Below, one piece after another: positions 61,089-64,000 of a stretch of 64,000 bases of DNA. The first letter of the stretch is position 1, and each line of letters starts with the position of its first letter. The notes under the pieces were generated by a model. That model had not been told where the DNA came from. It did not search any database and saw nothing but the letters and a program-made list of their open reading frames with translations. The position numbers and the translations under genes were made by a program. The stretch is taken from positions 144,092-208,091 of the forward strand of contig VYCQ01000023.1 in NCBI GenBank assembly GCA_009843865.1, given 5' to 3'. The stretch comes from Acidimicrobiia bacterium. Its GTDB lineage: Bacteria; Actinomycetota; Acidimicrobiia; Acidimicrobiales; Bin134.

Positions 61089-61213
61089 AGCGACAGGCTA
61101 CTGAATGGCAAGACAAAATCAGGCATGAGAACACCTGATACGACAACTGACATAACAACTGAAATGAAAACTGACACAATAACAATCCCACAACGACAAT
61201 CCAAAGTGTGCAT
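61085..61213 (-). other. Candidate Val/Ile/Leu-rich leader peptide (uORF) of the ilvDBNC operon
   Basis: [42 protein letters not shown]; stop overlaps the ilvD ATG (ATGA). Confidence 0.4.
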
Positions 61214-61229
61214 ACACGGGAACCCTATG

Positions 61230-62501
61230 TCAGGTCAATAGCAACTGCTTAGAACTTTCGGGCTGCCGGTTGACAATCTCTGTTTTTTGTAATGAGTCTG
61301 GCTCCTTGCAAAACATTCGGGGCTTGGGTTGCCAAGGTTGAAGGTCGGCGTAGGGTTTGGGTGGTGGTCTGAGTTCATATGTGCCGTCTTTTCGCCGATG
61401 CACAACCCAGCCGTCATCATGGATGTTGTGGTGGCAACTCGGGCACACTAACACGAGGTTGTCAATATCAGTGCTTCCGCCTTTGTGCCATTCGATAATG
61501 TGGTGAGATTCGCACCATACTGCTGATCGCTCGCAACCAATGCAGTGTTGATCACGAGCGATGAGCACGGCTCGTTGCGCCTCGGTTGCTGATCGGTGTT
61601 TACGCCCCACCCGAAGCTCTTGGTTTTTAGTGTCAAATACACAAGGCAAGATGTCAGCATCGCAAGCCAACCGCACCGCTTCGCCCATCGGCAGCAGATC
61701 ACCATCAGACAAGCGCACATTAGCAAGCTTGCTGCTAGCTGCATCCCACTCGGCGGTCAACACTAGCGTGACACCCTGAGATCTGCGGTTGCTGGTATTG
61801 GTGCAGACCAGGCTTTCCAAAGCATCAGCAAGCCGCTGATCGAAAGTTGTTTGCTCACCTGTCTTGTCATCGTTGCGTAGTCGGCGTTCCTCAGCAGCCA
61901 GTGCTGCCTCAATCTTGTTTCCAGCTTCTGGATCAAACCGCCCATTCAAGACATACATGCCATCATCTGAAGCCTTAAAGAAGCTCAGCGAGCGACGCTC
62001 GCGCTTTTTAGCAAAAAGAGATTTGCCAGCATCACCAGACTGTTCGTATTGATGATCGCGCAATGTCCGAGAAAAGGTGCCGAAGTCCTGGCATCGGGCC
62101 GCTTCTACTAGCAGCGTCTCATCAACCGACCCTTGAGAAGCGGCCTTGGCGATTTGAGTGGCATGAGCTGTAGGAATCTCACCGGCACCCAATGCATCGA
62201 GTGTCTCAGGAACCTGAGAGAATTGAGCAGCGGTCTCCACCTCACGGCGAGCTTGCTGTTTAGAGGTTTGAAGCTCATCTAAAACCACCCGACGAGCCAT
62301 ACCTTCGCCGCTCCGATTAGCGTATTCAGCCAACGCGGCTGTCTTCATTGCTGCTAGTCGTGCCTCAGCCCGCTTAATCAACCCTAACCGCCCTCGCAGT
62401 TCAGACAGTGACAGAGATGCAACATTCGCTACCTCCGGCCATATTGGCCCAGATGGCTGTCTATCAGCCTGTTTATCCTGCTCACATAACCTAAACTCCA
62501 T
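61230..62501 (-). CDS. DUF222 (13E12-repeat type) HNH endonuclease
   Basis: QRLADAL, RLACDA, RDQHCIGC...CESHHI.EW..GG.TDIDNLVLVC..CH..IH; TATACT 7 nt before ATG. Confidence 0.88.
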   Translation of the reverse strand: MEFRLCEQDKQADRQPSGPIWPEVANVASLSLSELRGRLGLIKRAEARLAAMKTAALAEYANRSGEGMARRVVLDELQTSKQQARREVETAAQFSQVPETLDALGAGEIPTAHATQIAKAASQGSVDETLLVEAARCQDFGTFSRTLRDHQYEQSGDAGKSLFAKKRERRSLSFFKASDDGMYVLNGRFDPEAGNKIEAALAAEERRLRNDDKTGEQTTFDQRLADALESLVCTNTSNRRSQGVTLVLTAEWDAASSKLANVRLSDGDLLPMGEAVRLACDADILPCVFDTKNQELRVGRKHRSATEAQRAVLIARDQHCIGCERSAVWCESHHIIEWHKGGSTDIDNLVLVCPSCHHNIHDDGWVVHRRKDGTYELRPPPKPYADLQPWQPKPRMFCKEPDSLQKTEIVNRQPESSKQLLLT

Positions 62502-62614
62502 GTATGCAAGTATACTGGCCTTAGTAGCAATAACAACTTAAATAATCAATAATTAGTCAATTTATATGATTATTTACCAGACTTTCTAGAAAATAAGCAA
62601 CATAGCCTATATTC

Positions 62615-62788
62615 TCAGCAAGCCACGCGTTTGATAAACTCGTCAAACAGCGGCACGGTGAAGGCGGTTTCGCCATGGGCAGGGTTGTAGATCATGCCTT
62701 TGCTAATGAGCGCAGACCGACGGGATGCCACCGAACTAACCTGCATACTCAGATGGTCGGCAATATCCCCCGAGCGGTAGGGGCCATA
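62615..62788 (-). pseudogene. 3' remnant of an AAA/ATP-binding protein gene (C-terminal winged-helix part)
   Basis: GC-richer patch in AT-rich DNA translating to GPYRSGDIADHL...RSALISKGMIYNPAHGETAFTVPLFDEFIKR*; no upstream ATPase domain. Confidence 0.7.
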
Positions 62789-62914
62789 ACTTTAATAATC
62801 AAGTAGTATTGTTATCATTAATTAGGCAAGCCTTCTAGTTTGCTGTTATATCGGCTTCTATGTTGACAATACGGCCTAAACAGTAAGTACTGTCAGCTGG
62901 TTGCATTCGCTAAG

Positions 62915-63616
62915 CTATCCTTCCCAACTTTGTAACCAGCCAAGCACTGATCTGAGTTGACCGCCTAAATCAAAAATGGCTTCAATCTGGATGCAGTCGT
63001 TATCACTATCAGTTTTGATATGCAACTGTTTGGCATCAAGGTAAGCCCCTAGGAACTTGTCCGCAGGTGGTAATGGAAATAGGGTTTGGATATTGGATTG
63101 ATTCCAAATAGGGATCTGCTTATCTTTTTGATACCAAAAAGATTCTGAATTTTGATTATCGAATTGGTAGGAAATAGGAAATGACTCGCTGCAAGACAAA
63201 GGCGCAGATCTCAAATCGATAAAGACTTCTGTCGTTCCGGGGCTAGTAGTATGAGCATGAGCAGCAGTTAGAGCTTTTTGAATAGTAAACGTTATGAGAT
63301 TATACCAACTAAATTGTGGTGTGGCCTGCCAACGGCAAACAGCATACGCACCACTATTCGGGCGGTTTATTGTACAGTTTGCAGGCTTAGCAGCTGTTGA
63401 CGTAAGTGATGCAGGGTCTGAGTTCACGCAGCCTCCGGGTACAAGCTGAATATCAATATTAAACATGCAGCGATACACATTTAATAGTTTCTCTTGTTCA
63501 ACAATTAATCGATCGCGAGCTGCTATGTCTGCTGCTGGGTCGTGCGCAACAACAGGCATCGCAAGCAGCAGCACCAAAACTATTGCCACAGTTAAAAAAG
63601 TTGTTAGGCGGTTCAT
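62915..63616 (-). CDS. Secreted hypothetical protein with one N-terminal QExLLNxYRCxFxID..VPGGC module
   Basis: Signal peptide ending VVA; module shared with the protease at 20157. Confidence 0.75.
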   Translation of the reverse strand: MNRLTTFLTVAIVLVLLLAMPVVAHDPAADIAARDRLIVEQEKLLNVYRCMFNIDIQLVPGGCVNSDPASLTSTAAKPANCTINRPNSGAYAVCRWQATPQFSWYNLITFTIQKALTAAHAHTTSPGTTEVFIDLRSAPLSCSESFPISYQFDNQNSESFWYQKDKQIPIWNQSNIQTLFPLPPADKFLGAYLDAKQLHIKTDSDNDCIQIEAIFDLGGQLRSVLGWLQSWEG

Positions 63617-63650
63617 AGTCTTGTTTCTTTCTGGTTCGTGGTCAGACTGC

Positions 63651-64000
63651 TTACAACTTCAGCAGTCCTAATTTAAAAAAGAAAGCCGTATCAGACTCTA
63701 AACATTTATCCCGTATATCGAACACCCAAGAAGGATGCATAGGTCGAGCATTGGGGCCTGACTCACCTCCAGCTATAACCCAATCTATAGCATGAAGATC
63801 AAGAGAAGGTAAACCTCCTAATAAAGGCTCAGCAGATACAAAGCGAACGGCTGCTGGCACCTCTCTCAAATGATCAATACGAAAACAATAGCGATCTGTT
63901 TCCACACTCACGCCTATCCAAATGTTGTCAGGCCAAGAAAGTCGTGATGCAAGTTTAGTAAGTCGCTGTGAACGCTTGGTAAGAACTTGATATGTATGAC
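63651..64000 (-). pseudogene. DUF5131 (phage Gp37/Gp68-like) protein, 5' part outside window, C-terminus apparently truncated
   Basis: YQVLTKR, NIWIGVSVE, RFVSAEPLLG, IDWVIAGGESG..ARPM; ends FFFKLGLLKL* rather than the usual FFFKQWGG tail. Confidence 0.7.

Noticed and set aside
61100-61230. CRISPR-like or guide array beside the HNH gene
   Set aside because: Repeats are ~12-nt degenerate tandem units without unique spacers

Overview
The window is chromosomal DNA of moderate GC from an actinobacterium, most consistent with class Acidimicrobiia and possibly marine or host-associated. That placement is inferred from mycothione reductase, DUF3151, the pgsA-gcvH-FHA-MerR-BFN-MerR synteny, DUF222-HNH, a Na+-type pyrophosphatase and many leaderless starts. 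Most genes are housekeeping: rnd, pyk, gltBD, trkAHH, hppA, fhs/folD/5-FCL, gcvP/T/H, coaE, mtr, an SbcCD-like pair, aroC, trpC, fused ETF, a P-type ATPase, metY and ilvDBNC. The right end is a decaying accessory patch. Signals the ORF track misses: (1) two genes broken by an in-frame UGA exactly at a redox-motif Cys position, each with a hairpin starting 10 nt downstream. These are candidate selenoproteins: an exported lipoprotein thioredoxin (UxxC) and an Rdx/SelW-like protein (CxxU). (2) A promoter-driven, highly structured ~220-nt orphan RNA next to gltD. (3) A 30-aa two-Cys module found three times in two unrelated secreted proteins. (4) A degenerate HPRT and a small PD-(D/E)xK protein inserted into the GarA/MerR/BFN locus. 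(5) A Val/Ile/Leu-rich uORF overlapping the ilvD start. No CRISPR array, rRNA or tRNA was recognised. All calls come from reading motifs by eye; no database searches were run.
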